Positions 13,399 to 24,204 of a DNA stretch of 46,902 bases are shown here, one piece after another. The DNA lies in NCBI RefSeq assembly GCF_000315625.1, contig NW_005434660.1, positions 974,365-1,021,266 of the forward strand. Reading direction: 5' to 3'. Position 1 is the first letter of the stretch. Each line of letters begins with the position of its first letter. The notes below the pieces were generated by a model that was not told the DNA's origin, searched no databases, and was given only the letters and a program-made list of their open reading frames with translations. This DNA comes from Guillardia theta CCMP2712. Its lineage: Eukaryota > Protista > Cryptophyta. Both the position numbers and the translations under genes were made by a program.

Positions 13399-15279
13399 AT
13401 GAATGGCAACACTGGGGATGAACAACTACAGGTGAGATTGAGGATTCATGTTTTCAATACAGACTTTGGCGGTAAGGGTTGGATTGAATCTGGCCGTGTT
13501 GCTGGCTTGCATGACTTGAGATGACACATGCTTTGAAAGTTAGAGGATAAATCATCTCCGAGAAGCTGTGATGGTTTGACGCGAAGCTGGGTGGATGATG
13601 CTTTCCTACCAACAAGCAATGTTAGTGCCATTTGTAGTCTCACTCCATGATGCTTGTATGTTTTAGGTTGCCGATCTGAATTTCGAAGTCTGTTACGAAA
13701 AAGTGAAACCAATTGGAAATGCTGGCGCCGGTGATCAAGACATCTTTTGGACGTGTCAAAACTTGTAACGATAAACTGTGACAATATTTCAGCTCTTGTC
13801 GGGGACAAGCTGTCTACTGGATTTCCTTGGATTACAACGGTTTGGCTGGAAAGTAACGATATATCACATGAAGGGGTTTCTTTGCTTGCCAAGGGCTTTG
13901 AGCGGGTGGGCATGGTGTTGGATGCTTGTAGAAGGTTTGATCTTGATGTGCAGCATGAAACTTTGACCGACCTGTCGCTTGCTGGGAATCCTATCCGCAA
14001 AGAAGGGCTGCAAGTAAGAACTGGTCAGTCCCATCCAAAAGAATTCACTGCTATCTCGCTTTACAGTTGACGATCGAGAGCTTCCTAAAGAACCCAAACC
14101 CTAGCATAGCACGCCTCAATGTGCGGAGCTGTCAAATCAATGTGTAAGTCTAAAGAACTTGATAAGGCAGCTCGTCTCAAATTTTGTCAGACTTCCCATG
14201 GAGATCTCAGAGCTTGATTCGCTCAAGGAGCTGCTCTGTGAGGACAATCCAATCAGATACCCTCCAAAGGATGTAAGTTCGGGATGCTTGTTCCTACCTC
14301 ATGCAGTGCATTGGGGCAGGTTGCCTTTAGGAGAATAGCAATCCTTCGTCAATTCTTGAAAGCAGCGAAGAATGACACTGCTCATGAGGGCGGTGATCCG
14401 GTTGGTGACTAGGAATGACTGGGTGAATGTCGTGACGATGTTGGTGGTTTGAAAGGTTGAAAGAGAGCGTGAAAGAGAGCATCGGTGTGCCACACGTGGA
14501 TTTTCACGACAACAGATCTCAACATGATCGCTGATATCAGTGCAGGAGTCAGGATCCTACCGCTTCTGCCTTGGACGTGCAATTGCCTGACGGGACGGAG
14601 GCAGTGGTACCTGAGACTTGCTCCTTGGCTGTTCGAATGTTTCCAACTGCTCGATCTGCAGAAGCAGGAAGCCTCCTTTGGTTCTTCAGGACTCAATGTG
14701 AGCACCTCGAGGTAAAGCAGATGTCTGATTTCACTTGAGTTTCCAGTCAAGATTGTTGTGTTCCTTTTTGATTTCCCGCTTCTCGCTTGCCGTAGTTATA
14801 ACCCGCATACAACGTTCGTCCATGGAAGTATTTGGTACAGCAAAATGCCGACGATCGATCCTGTTTCTCTTGTTCGAAAGCAGAACGAGGTAGCAGAACA
14901 AGAAGAATTCAGGGTGAGATCTGCAACCCTGGTGAATCCTAAAGATTCAGATTGGTTTCCAGATAATTCCGAACATAACTCTCAGATACACTGACGATTA
15001 GTGAGAACGCGTCTCGATGCTTCGATCAAGCCGAGCCTTGATTCTAGTGTGGAAATGCTGTGTTGCTCTTGTCTTTTCCTTGTCGTGAGTGATCTCAACT
15101 CCAAATCTTGCCATGTCACCTTCCACAATGATGTAAGATTAAAAAATGAAGTTGCGGTTCATATCTCGCCCTTCACAGATCAACACTTCTCTGTAGTTTC
15201 TGCTTCGCCATCTATCTCTGCGGTCTACTCCTTCTAACTCAGAATCCAAAAATTGAAGGCACTAATGAAAACAGCGTGA
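13399..15279 (+). CDS. Leucine-rich repeat protein (many small exons)
   Basis: Exons encode ITTVWLESNDISHEGVSLLAKG, LTDLSLAGNPIRKEGLQ, IARLNVRSCQI and LPMEISELDSLKELLCEDNPIRYPPKD, which are RI-like and typical LRRs. Start and end exons are tentative. Confidence 0.65.
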
Positions 15280-15486
15280 ATGTCAAACGCGTCCCACAGC
15301 AGCCCATACAGCCGCCAGTTCGGATCAGGACACAAGCTGAGCAAGTTTCATTCACGGCCTCACTATTGCACAATTGTATGATTGCATTACAGGACAGCAA
15401 GACTTATCAAGTCCGTTACAGTCAATAACGTAAAGACTGACTGGACTGGTCAGTGTAGCGGCGGTGCTGAGATACTACCACCCGGC

Positions 15487-16589
15487 TTACATCCTCATCG
15501 GTTGCGGTAGGCTGATCTCTGGGCCCGATTGTTGAGGATAACCTCCAGGCTGCTGAGGAAAAGCTTGTTGTTGAGGAGACGCTGGTTTCTGAGAAAACCC
15601 GACAGATGCGGAGGTTTGCGCAGCCGATTTGTTGACTGCAGAGCAATGGTTCAGGAGTCGAAGAAGCAATAAGAAGTGAGGCTTACCTCCGAGGTCATCG
15701 GGGGAAAAGAAGGACGAGTGTTGCATCTTCGTGCCTGGCACCTTCCCTTGACCATACAGGCGCGATGTGAAGAATTCCACAAAGGGGCTCTTGGGAATTA
15801 TGTTTACACTGCAGAACAGGCAAAGCCACCGCTCTTGGATGGAGAGGAAACCAGGAGGTGAGTCGAGGTCCGTGATCTTCAATGCATCCTTCTGACTGAT
15901 GCAGCAGACCTTGCCGGAGTTCTTGTATATCACTCGATTCTCATCGATTGGAGGTTCGCAGCGGCACTTGCTTGTCTGTCGAAGACAACAGCACTTGTTT
16001 TTGCACTCACCTCCCAACTGCTTTTCCTGCAACCTGAGGTAATACCTCAAATCTGTCACAATACAGGACGAATCTTCCTCCTGCACATTCTCGAGGAAGC
16101 ACTGGGTACTCCCGTACCCACAGAGATACTTGTGGACACAAGAACCGATGAGGCCATGGTCGGACAGAATCTCACCGCAGTCAACCGTGTACTGCCTCAA
16201 CAGACAGCACAGCTTGTCGTCCCAGTCGTACAAGCGGATGCCACCATAGTCTCCTGTGCCCCAGTTCTCGGGATGCTCAAATCCTAGACCAAGGCAATAT
16301 GCATATCCCAGCCACGAGACATCCCAATCTGAGACCTTGTCCGATGAAAATTGCTGCACATGTACGTCATTTGCGCAATGAGAGATTTCCCTATGTTGGT
16401 CACTGTCATGGAAACCGATGGGGCATTTCAAGCTTTCTTATTCGAACGTGCGATCCAAGAACAACGATTGGATGAAGAATCATCATGACAAGATGAAGAG
16501 ACACTGCATGTAGGAGGACAGGAGAAACTTTGGTGTTGGTGACCGAAAAAGTGGAGTTTGAGGTGACTGTCGCGAAAACAGAACGACAT
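15487..16589 (-). CDS. Cysteine-rich protein of unknown function with a P/Q-rich C-terminus
   Basis: 314-codon ORF 15487-16431 with many CC/CxC clusters. Likely in-frame intron at ~15638-15686 (GTAAG...TGCAG). The start needs an upstream exon that was not resolved. Confidence 0.55.
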
Positions 16590-17226
16590 GAAATTCCAAA
16601 AGGAATTTAGGGAAAAAGAGAAGTAGGGAAGGGGGGAGCCTGAAAAGTAAAGAGCGAAGAAGGTAGCAAGGTACAGAGGTACCGAACATAGGAAGAGAAG
16701 AAAAGAGTGAAAGAGGACAAAATAGGAGAGAAGGAGGGGGGGGGGGGGCTGAGGGAGAGAGGGAGAGCAGAATGCAGAGAGGGGGAGAGACGGTTGGACT
16801 GAGGAGGAGAGTAAGAGACAGAGTCTCCAAGAGCAGGAGATGAAAATAGGTGTTGGGGAGGCAGCGCATGCAGGGGCCAAGGCGTTGAGAGCGCAGCAAG
16901 CGAACGTCTGTTGTACCGGCATGCTGCTGCTTTCCGAGTTCTTCCTCCTCTTGCCTCGCTAACGTGTCGGAATTTCAGTACTGTCAGGGGGTAGGGGTAG
17001 TAATGACGGGTATGGGGTCCACATTTTAGCACCGAGACAATAGGTAATAACTCACCTTGGGGGTGGGGTCCTCACTCGCGCCCCTATTTGGTATCTCTGC
17101 CACCTATGTAGCTGGAGGCCGCCAAGGCAAATTGACCGGTACTTCACTCAGTCCGGGGGTAGCTGGCGGAGGGGTGGGTGGGGTCAGTGCCAATCGTTAC
17201 TATGGTGACCAGTCAGTACTAGTAGA

Positions 17227-18475
17227 TTTTTTAACTTAACTTTGAGTAAAGAAGTGGTAGTGTCGCACTACTAGGCTGAAGGAGACGGTGACTAAAAGTT
17301 TTGACTGACTCTGGTCAAAGTTCATAGCGGCCACCGCGACATCGCTGGCATGGCCGCGCGGGGGACTTGTCCTGCGCGCAGTTAAAGTGAAGGTATCCGT
17401 TAAGTTTGGGGGACAGCAACCGTTACTTGAGTCATTCCAAGACCCGGCGTACTACCACCGGTACGTCTCTGCGGCTAGGTGATTCGACTTGCCGCTGGCA
17501 GTGCAAACGAAGCCGGTCCAGGATCCGACCGGCGATGATGATGGCATGCACGGTAAGCCTGATCAGCTCAAGGCCTCCCCGCCCTCCGAAGTTCGCTGCC
17601 CGGCATCATCGAGGGTGCCACTGGCAGTCGGGCCATGATGGCATGGCCTACTACTGAGCCTCGGAGCCGCCCCGGGCCCGGCCCTGCTGCCCGGCCTGCC
17701 ACTGAGTACGAGTCTAGCTTTCTTCATATCCCTACTAGTTTCGGATTAGGTTTGGTTCTCGCTGTCTTTTCTCTTCTCGCCGTTCAAGTGGCCTGTGCGA
17801 CGGTGTCAGGGTCAAGCCTCCTCGACTCTCCTGATTGTCCTCGTACTGCTTTTTAACTTAACTTTGAGTAAAGAAGTCAAGTTTCAAGTTTCCACCCGGG
17901 CGGGGATCGGGTAAGTTACCTTGCAAGAACTAGGCGGGGCCCGGCCGGGGGGCCGCGGTCCCCGGGCCTAGTCACTCGCCGCGCCGTCGGAGTTGATCAT
18001 ACGCAGGGCCCAGTGGGCTGCCGGGCGGCCCGGCCGCTGCCGCTGCGGTGCGTGGCATCCTTCGGCGGGGGGCACAGGCAGGCAGTCGGCCCGTGACATG
18101 CGGCTGGCATGGGCCGGGGGGTGGGGGGGGGGGCGGGGATCCTGCGTGTCACTGGTAGTGTTAAGTGAAGGTATCAGTTGCTGAGTTCAAGTTGGGGGAG
18201 CCTTGGACGGCGCTGAGTAGTGACTGAGGCAGGATGAGGATTCAATGATTGGTTCTCGCTGTCTTTTCTCTTCTCGCCGTACGGCCAGTATGGCCTGTGG
18301 CCGCTGTGCTCCCGTCGGACAGTGTCATGGTCAGTTGAAACCTCCTCTACTCTCACTGAGTCCTGATTGTCCGACTCGTACTCGGATTTTTAGTTGAACT
18401 TTGAGAAAAGGAGTGGCCAATACATGACCGTGTGATTCAACGGTCCGAGGCTCGTTCAGATTTGAGTAAAAGTTG
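17227..18475 (+). repeat. Degenerate head-to-tail array of ~550-650-bp units, each bounded by the TTAACTTAACTTTGAGTAAAG motif (candidate non-autonomous mobile element)
   Basis: Motif at 17227-17255, 17850-17877 and 18387-18414, with a fragment at 18461-18470. Internal blocks are shared between units: 17338-17417 vs 18095-18202 (gctggcatgg...gttaa(a)gtgaaggtatc) and 17752-17877 vs 18249-18414 (ttggttctcgctgtcttttctcttctcgccgt...ctgattgtcc). Confidence 0.7.
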
Positions 18476-18670
18476 GGTACCACTACGACTTCGACGCCCC
18501 GCGGCCCGAGCCGGGCCGGCCCGAGCCGGGCCGGGCATTAGGCGCAGCTCAGCACAGGGATCAAGTTATTTATCGCTGCTGTGGTGACAGGGAATCAGGT
18601 AGAGACAATGAGAGAAAATCAATCAAGTTTCACACCTCAGGCTTCACTGGCGTGCTCCGGCTGCCAGTAG

Positions 18671-20638
18671 TTAAGCGTCAGCCAGCAGCCCGTCGATCTT
18701 CTTCCTGTTCTCCTCGTTGCCTCGCGCCATCGACTCGAGCGCTACGGAGCCCTTCCTCTGAAAGTCCGCCTCCTCCTTGTGCAACCTCATCGCAGTGATG
18801 ACCGCCTTGATGCCCTCGGGCCGGACTCTCTCCTGGTTCTCCCTGTTGGACTCGCACAAGTGGCCGAGGGCAGCGCAGCCAGCCTCCAACAGCAGAGCGA
18901 AGGTCGAGTGTGCCCTCATGGCCGCTACTATCGCTTCGATGCCCATGGCCCCCCTGATCTTGTCCTGGTTCTCCTTGTCCGACCGCGCCAGCACCCCCAG
19001 GGCATTGATTGCCGCGTACTGGACATCCTGCTGGCAAGGCAAGGCCTGCATAGCCGCCATGATGGCCTCGATGCCCCCTGCATTTCTGATCGCCATCCGA
19101 TTGCGTGGATTGCCGTCCGCCATCAGAGCAAGGTGAAAGGTGCCATCCTTTTGCACTTCCTCGTTCCGTACGAATGCTTTCAGTGCTGCCAGGATGACCT
19201 TGATGCTGTCGGCTTCTGAAGCCAAGAGTTGGGAAGCCTTGTTGACGCCAATCAGCACGTTGAGAGCTTTGATGCCGTGCATCTGCACAGTCACATTTTT
19301 GCGGTGCACCTTCATGGTACCTATGATCTTTGGGATTCCGTCGAGTTCCAAGATCCTATCTGTGTTGACGGGGTTGGAGTTTGCAAGACAGTGCAGTGCT
19401 CGGCATCCTTCTTCCTGAACTCTAGCCACTTTCCCGTAGGTCTTCATGGCCGATTCGATAGCATCGATGCCACCCACTGTTCTGATGGCATCCTGGGTCG
19501 GCATGCCCAACAGAGCCAAGTTCGCAAACGTCTTGCAGCTCACCTCCTGAAGCGCCCACATGTCGTGGTGGTTCCGCATGGTCAGCATGACAAATTCGAC
19601 TCCTCCGTGCTTTTGAAGCCTCGCACAGTTCTGCAAAGTGGAGGATGCTACAGTCAACAAGATGCTCCCCTTCAGCTGCAACTCCCCTCGCATCTTGTGC
19701 ATCAACATGGTATCCATGATTGCCTCGATCGCGCCAGCCTCCCCAAACATCCTACAGGTCTGCATCTCTCCCTCTCCCCAGAGGGAGAACAACAAGGAGA
19801 ATGCTTGCTCCGCAACTTTCAAGTTCTTGCCGTGATTCCGCAACGCAGCAATGGCTACCTCGATACCACCCGCATTCCTGACCCTCTCCACACCGGCTTC
19901 TTGATCTCCTCCTATGCTCCTCAGAGCAGCGCACGCGCATTCTTGAAGCTCGCGCTTCTTCGGGAATCTTTTCATCGCTGTCACAACTGCCTCAGCTCCC
20001 CCGGCCTGCCGAGCCCTGGCTGCGCTCTTGGGCTGGTAAGGCACAGGTGCTAGGTAGTCACCAATAGCCAGTTCTATGTACGAAGCGAGAGCAATGCAAC
20101 AGGAACTCTGCACATCCGCGTCTCCTGCATGGAACTTCATACATTCCACCATCAAGTCGATGGCGCCCTCCTCCCTCACGATATCCAAGTTTGCCACGTC
20201 CTCCTCGATGGCGACTTGCAAAATCATCGCACCGCATGCCAGGGCACACGTGTCTTTCATGACATGTTTAATGCAGGAAATGACTGCCTTGATCTGCGAG
20301 GGACTGCAGTTGACCGCGTAACCCTCCTCAATTTCCTCTGCAATCATCATCAGCGTGAAACCATGCTGACCAGGGTTGTTGCTAGCCTCAATCAAACTCA
20401 GCTTGTACTGGATCAATTCATCGCTCTTCTTGGACTTTCTCCCGCACTTCTGTTTCTTGGCAGATTTCTTCTTCGTCGGGCATTCTGACCAATCTAATTG
20501 CGTCTTCGAGGCCACGGGGCTCATGCACGTCGAACTTTCGGCTGTCGAATCTTCCATCTCGGCTTCGAATGTGCGGGATATCGAATCACTGCCAGGACAA
20601 GAGCTGTGCGGGAGCGGGGGAAACCGTTGAAGGATCAA
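18671..20638 (-). CDS. Intronless armadillo-repeat protein (aardvark/LRRK2-ARM-like); the ATG start is probably MEDSTAE near 20557
   Basis: About 12 repeats of ~42-44 aa with consensus GGIEAIxxAMxxHxxxxxVQxxGCxALxxLA. Confidence 0.9.
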   Translation of the reverse strand: MILQRFPPLPHSSCPGSDSISRTFEAEMEDSTAESSTCMSPVASKTQLDWSECPTKKKSAKKQKCGRKSKKSDELIQYKLSLIEASNNPGQHGFTLMMIAEEIEEGYAVNCSPSQIKAVISCIKHVMKDTCALACGAMILQVAIEEDVANLDIVREEGAIDLMVECMKFHAGDADVQSSCCIALASYIELAIGDYLAPVPYQPKSAARARQAGGAEAVVTAMKRFPKKRELQECACAALRSIGGDQEAGVERVRNAGGIEVAIAALRNHGKNLKVAEQAFSLLFSLWGEGEMQTCRMFGEAGAIEAIMDTMLMHKMRGELQLKGSILLTVASSTLQNCARLQKHGGVEFVMLTMRNHHDMWALQEVSCKTFANLALLGMPTQDAIRTVGGIDAIESAMKTYGKVARVQEEGCRALHCLANSNPVNTDRILELDGIPKIIGTMKVHRKNVTVQMHGIKALNVLIGVNKASQLLASEADSIKVILAALKAFVRNEEVQKDGTFHLALMADGNPRNRMAIRNAGGIEAIMAAMQALPCQQDVQYAAINALGVLARSDKENQDKIRGAMGIEAIVAAMRAHSTFALLLEAGCAALGHLCESNRENQERVRPEGIKAVITAMRLHKEEADFQRKGSVALESMARGNEENRKKIDGLLADA

Positions 20639-20643
20639 CGGCG

Positions 20644-20736
20644 GGGAGGATATCTCAGATGAGCCCGAGGAAGGGAGGATGTCTCAGATGAGCACGAGGA
20701 AGGGAGGATGTCTCAGATGAGCACGAGGAAGGGAGG
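20644..20736. repeat. 29-bp tandem repeat x3 just upstream of the ARM gene
   Basis: gggaggat(a/g)tctcagatgagc(c/a)cgaggaa at 20644, 20673 and 20702. Confidence 0.9.
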
Positions 20737-20975
20737 AAAGAGAGATGTGCAAGAGGGCGAGGGGGAGAGCAGCGCGAGGGCACCCACGAGTGGGACTGGC
20801 GGGGAAATGATTGCCCTGCCCTTGGGTGACGAAGTACTACCCTTCAAAAATGGAGCTTTTTGGTGAAATTTTTGAGGGGTAGGGTGGTGATTCAAATTTG
20901 AATCCTCTATCTCCGACGGCGACTCGCTGCTCAGCGCTTGTCCCGGTCCGGACGGCCCGGGCTACACGGACTTGC

Positions 20976-21016
20976 CTTTACTCAAAGTTAAGTTAAAAAA
21001 CAGTACGAGGACAATC
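20976..21016 (-). repeat. Dispersed motif copy in inverted orientation
   Basis: Reverse complement reads gattgtcctcgtactgttttttaacttaactttgagtaaag, one mismatch from 17833-17873. Confidence 0.9.
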
Positions 21017-21499
21017 CTTCCGAGCCGTACTGATGACTCTCACATAATGAACCCTCCACCTGCCGCGCCAAACGGTTGAACCTTGCAGTCACTGAACAAT
21101 GACGAGGTCTGGATCCGGGAGGCAGGAGGTGCCGCACGGCCATGGGCGCACACCCCGACAGCCCTGCCGTACAGGAGCCTGCCAGGCGCCGTGTGCGGGC
21201 CTGGGCTGGCAAACCTTGCATTGGCACTGACAACAACACGGTTTTGTTGTCTTGTAGCTCGTAGAAGTGGTTGAGCGGCAGCTAACGTCAGTGATTCCCT
21301 CAAGCCCCTGTGCCTCTCGGATCCACTTGCTGCATGTGTACTGGACGAGGCAGGCTCAATGGGTGTGTGTTGGGAATAACATAGCTAGATATACCTCCAA
21401 GGGACACGAGGACTGCAACGACTAAGGATTCTTCCCACATACAGGTGTGCAGGAGCCTGTTGGCTCGAATGTCGAAGTGACAAGAGGATCAAGGTGTAG

Positions 21500-23874
21500 A
21501 TGATATCACTCTTTCAGAGATGTCTTGCACAACGTTGACGACCAGTCCACGTGAGATGTCGAAGGAAAGAGACTGAGAGCGCTTTGTGTTTCAGACTTGA
21601 GGCGAGCCAGGAAGGGGTCGGAACGGCAGCAGTGTCCGACAGTCTTGTGTTGACAGGCAAAGACGAGCAGCTCGGTCACGGTAAGTCCAGAGATCCTCTG
21701 GTCAGCCCAAGGATGAGTAGCGGCACAGGAGCTCTCCGATCGCCAGCCGATAGAGGGTTGATGAATCCCCTTGCACGTGCTCACCTGCCCATGGTCCATG
21801 ACCGCTGCTGGGGACACACTCTGTACTTGCTGCTGGGGACACACTTCGTACTTTCATTTTTCGCATCATTCTGCTCTGATTTTTCGCTACCTCAAATCCC
21901 ATCTATTCTCATAAGGATTTTTCACATTGAGTTGAAAGTTTTCATACAGTAAGAGTGTGAGAAATAATCTCTATATCATAGCAGGGTGAAAAGTTTTAAA
22001 GAGATTGTGAGAATCGTGATAAGAAAATCTCGCATAAGTTTCAAAGCCTTAGGGCTTCGCCCATGGGTCAGCGACAAAGTCGCTTCCCACCTGTTTGCTC
22101 GATAAAGTGCTTCGCACCAAGATCTCCTGATTGTGATCGTCAAGAGTCTTTATCTTCTGCCCAGCCAGCATCACTGGCGGCGAGCAGGATGTTCTGAAGC
22201 TTGTTGCCTACAGAGGTGGTTCCCTCTCGATTCCAGCGGAGTTTGTGGGATGTTTGTAGTCCAAACATATTGCAAGGGATCAGAAGCTGCGAAGAGGTCT
22301 TTGACTTGAGGGCGACGGCGACGTTGGGATAGTGAGGTGGTGAAGCTAATGTCTGGCCTTGTCAAAGCTTGTATGTCGAGATTGCTTTCAATAGCAGCCT
22401 GATAGAACTTGTGTTGCGATTATGTTGTCTTAGAAGATGACGTCGTCTTTGGGAAGGAGCAAACATAGGAACGAGGGGGAACGATTGTTGTCAGCTTCAG
22501 GAGAGCTTCAAAGCATACTTTTCCAATGAAATGCTCTTGGAAGAGAGTGAAGGCACCTTGATCTAGGTCTTGTTCAAGCGGTGCTCACAGGAATAGTTGA
22601 GCTCTTGTCGGAGAGGAGGAAGGTTGTACAGGAGAGTCTATAGATCGCATCGTTGATGACAAAGAGGATGTCTGATGTAATCTGCCTCCTTCTGACCTTC
22701 GACTCCCAAGTTCTGCTTGCAGTCTCTTTGGTACACCTTGTAATACGGCAACGGAAACGTACCTTCCAACATCTTCTTCATAGTATCCTACTACACTAGT
22801 ATAGATTTGAGCTGTAGAGTATTGCTTGCGTATCACCACGCTCTCTGTCGCTATACGTCCAGAATGTCGACCATGTTGGAAACTGAGCACTGTTTCGACT
22901 GCTGTGTTCCACTTCCAGTGTGAAAGCATAGTATCTTGAAAAAAGCCTCTTTCCCGTTGCCGATGTCTTCAACAGCACCTTCCATACAATCGTTTCTACA
23001 TGTTCATACAAGAAAATCATTCTGAATGAGACAAACTCGCTCGACATGCTACTGGCATGCGATACCTACCCTTCAATATCAGAGGCCATGTCAGTATCTT
23101 GGTCTCGAACATGGTTTCGCACTCCAGTTCGCTTGACTCCATAGTTATACTTTTGGTGACCTTGTGCAGATACCAACTCCAAGAGACCGCTGCAGTAGCC
23201 GTCGACCTTCCTCAATCTGAAATCACCCTTGCTCCTCACTCCCTGCTTATCCTCAAAAGCAACTCTGGATATCTCGGCTGTCTATCTTCAGCTACTGTGC
23301 GCTTACTGTGCATTGCTCGGGTGCAGTGCCAGTGGGTGTACATACGGGTGAACATCAGAACAACGTGCGACGAGTCGCCTCCTACTGTAGCTTCAAACCG
23401 CTGGTGAGCTTGAAGCCTGTATGACTGAGTGTGTGGTTACCCCTGGTAAGCTTGAAGCCTGTATGACTGAGTGTGTGGGTTAACCCTGGTGAGCTTGAAG
23501 CCCGTATGACTGAGTGTGTGGTTACCCCTGGTAAGCTTGAAGCCTGTATGACTGAGTGTGTGGGTTAACCCTGGTGAGCTTGAAGCCTGTATGACTGAGT
23601 GTGTGGGTTACCCCTGGTGAGCTTGAAGCCCGTATGACTGAGTGTGTGGGTTACCCCTGGTGAGCTTGAAGCCCGTATGACTGAGTGTGTGGGTTACCTC
23701 TGGTTAGCTTGAAGCCTATATGACTGAGTGTGTGGTTACCCCTGGTAAGCTTGAAGCCTGTATGACTGAGTGTGTGGGTTACCCCTGGTGAGCTTGAAGC
23801 CTATATGACTGAGTGTGTGGGTTACCCCTGGTTTCTTCTCTCCGACGCTCCTCCGCCCTCTCTTGCTCCTCCAT
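21500..23874 (-). CDS. Probable multi-exon gene of unknown function (structure unresolved)
   Basis: Several short coding-like minus-strand segments (e.g. RFEATVGGDSSHVVLMFT, ORFs 22585-22929 and 22171-22365) bounded by GT/AG. No family recognised. Confidence 0.3.
23401..23832. repeat. Minisatellite: 10 copies of a 42-43-bp unit
   Basis: ctggt(g/a)agcttgaagcc(t/c)(g/a)tatgactgagtgtgtgg(g)ttaccc starting at 23401, 23443, 23486, 23528, 23571, 23614, 23657, 23700, 23742 and 23785. No unique spacers. Confidence 0.97.
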
Positions 23875-24204
23875 CTTCCCTCCCAACTCGTGTCGGGCAG
23901 GGGGGTCAAGGACGGGTCATTTTATCTTTGAAATTTGGGGTGGGGAAGGGGTGGGGGGGTACAGGCGTTGAGTCGTAATGGAGTGAGGCATGCTGCAAGT
24001 GCGAACAGAAGAGGAACGAAGCGAAGAAAACAGAGAAGGAGAAGGAGAGGAAAGAGCAAGAGAGGAAGGAGGAGAAGAAGAAGGGAAGGGGAGAGGAGAA
24101 GGAAAAGGATAAAGGCGGAGGAAGACAACTCAGCAGAGATTGCTGTGCTTGAACCATGCGTGAATGTCTAAAGGAACCTCGCTTCTTCCTCGTTGAGACA
24201 TGAC

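Noticed and set aside
20976-21000. dif/Xer-like site (TTAAGTTAAAA resembles the XerD arm TTATGTTAAAT)
   Set aside because: No XerC-like arm at the right spacing and no recombinase in the window; an AT-rich partial match is weak evidence.
22410-22470. GT25-like VVLEDDV motif on the + strand
   Set aside because: Isolated, with stops close on both sides and no other glycosyltransferase motifs; likely chance.
23401-23832. CRISPR-like array
   Set aside because: Units are contiguous with no unique spacers, there are no cas genes, and the context is eukaryotic.
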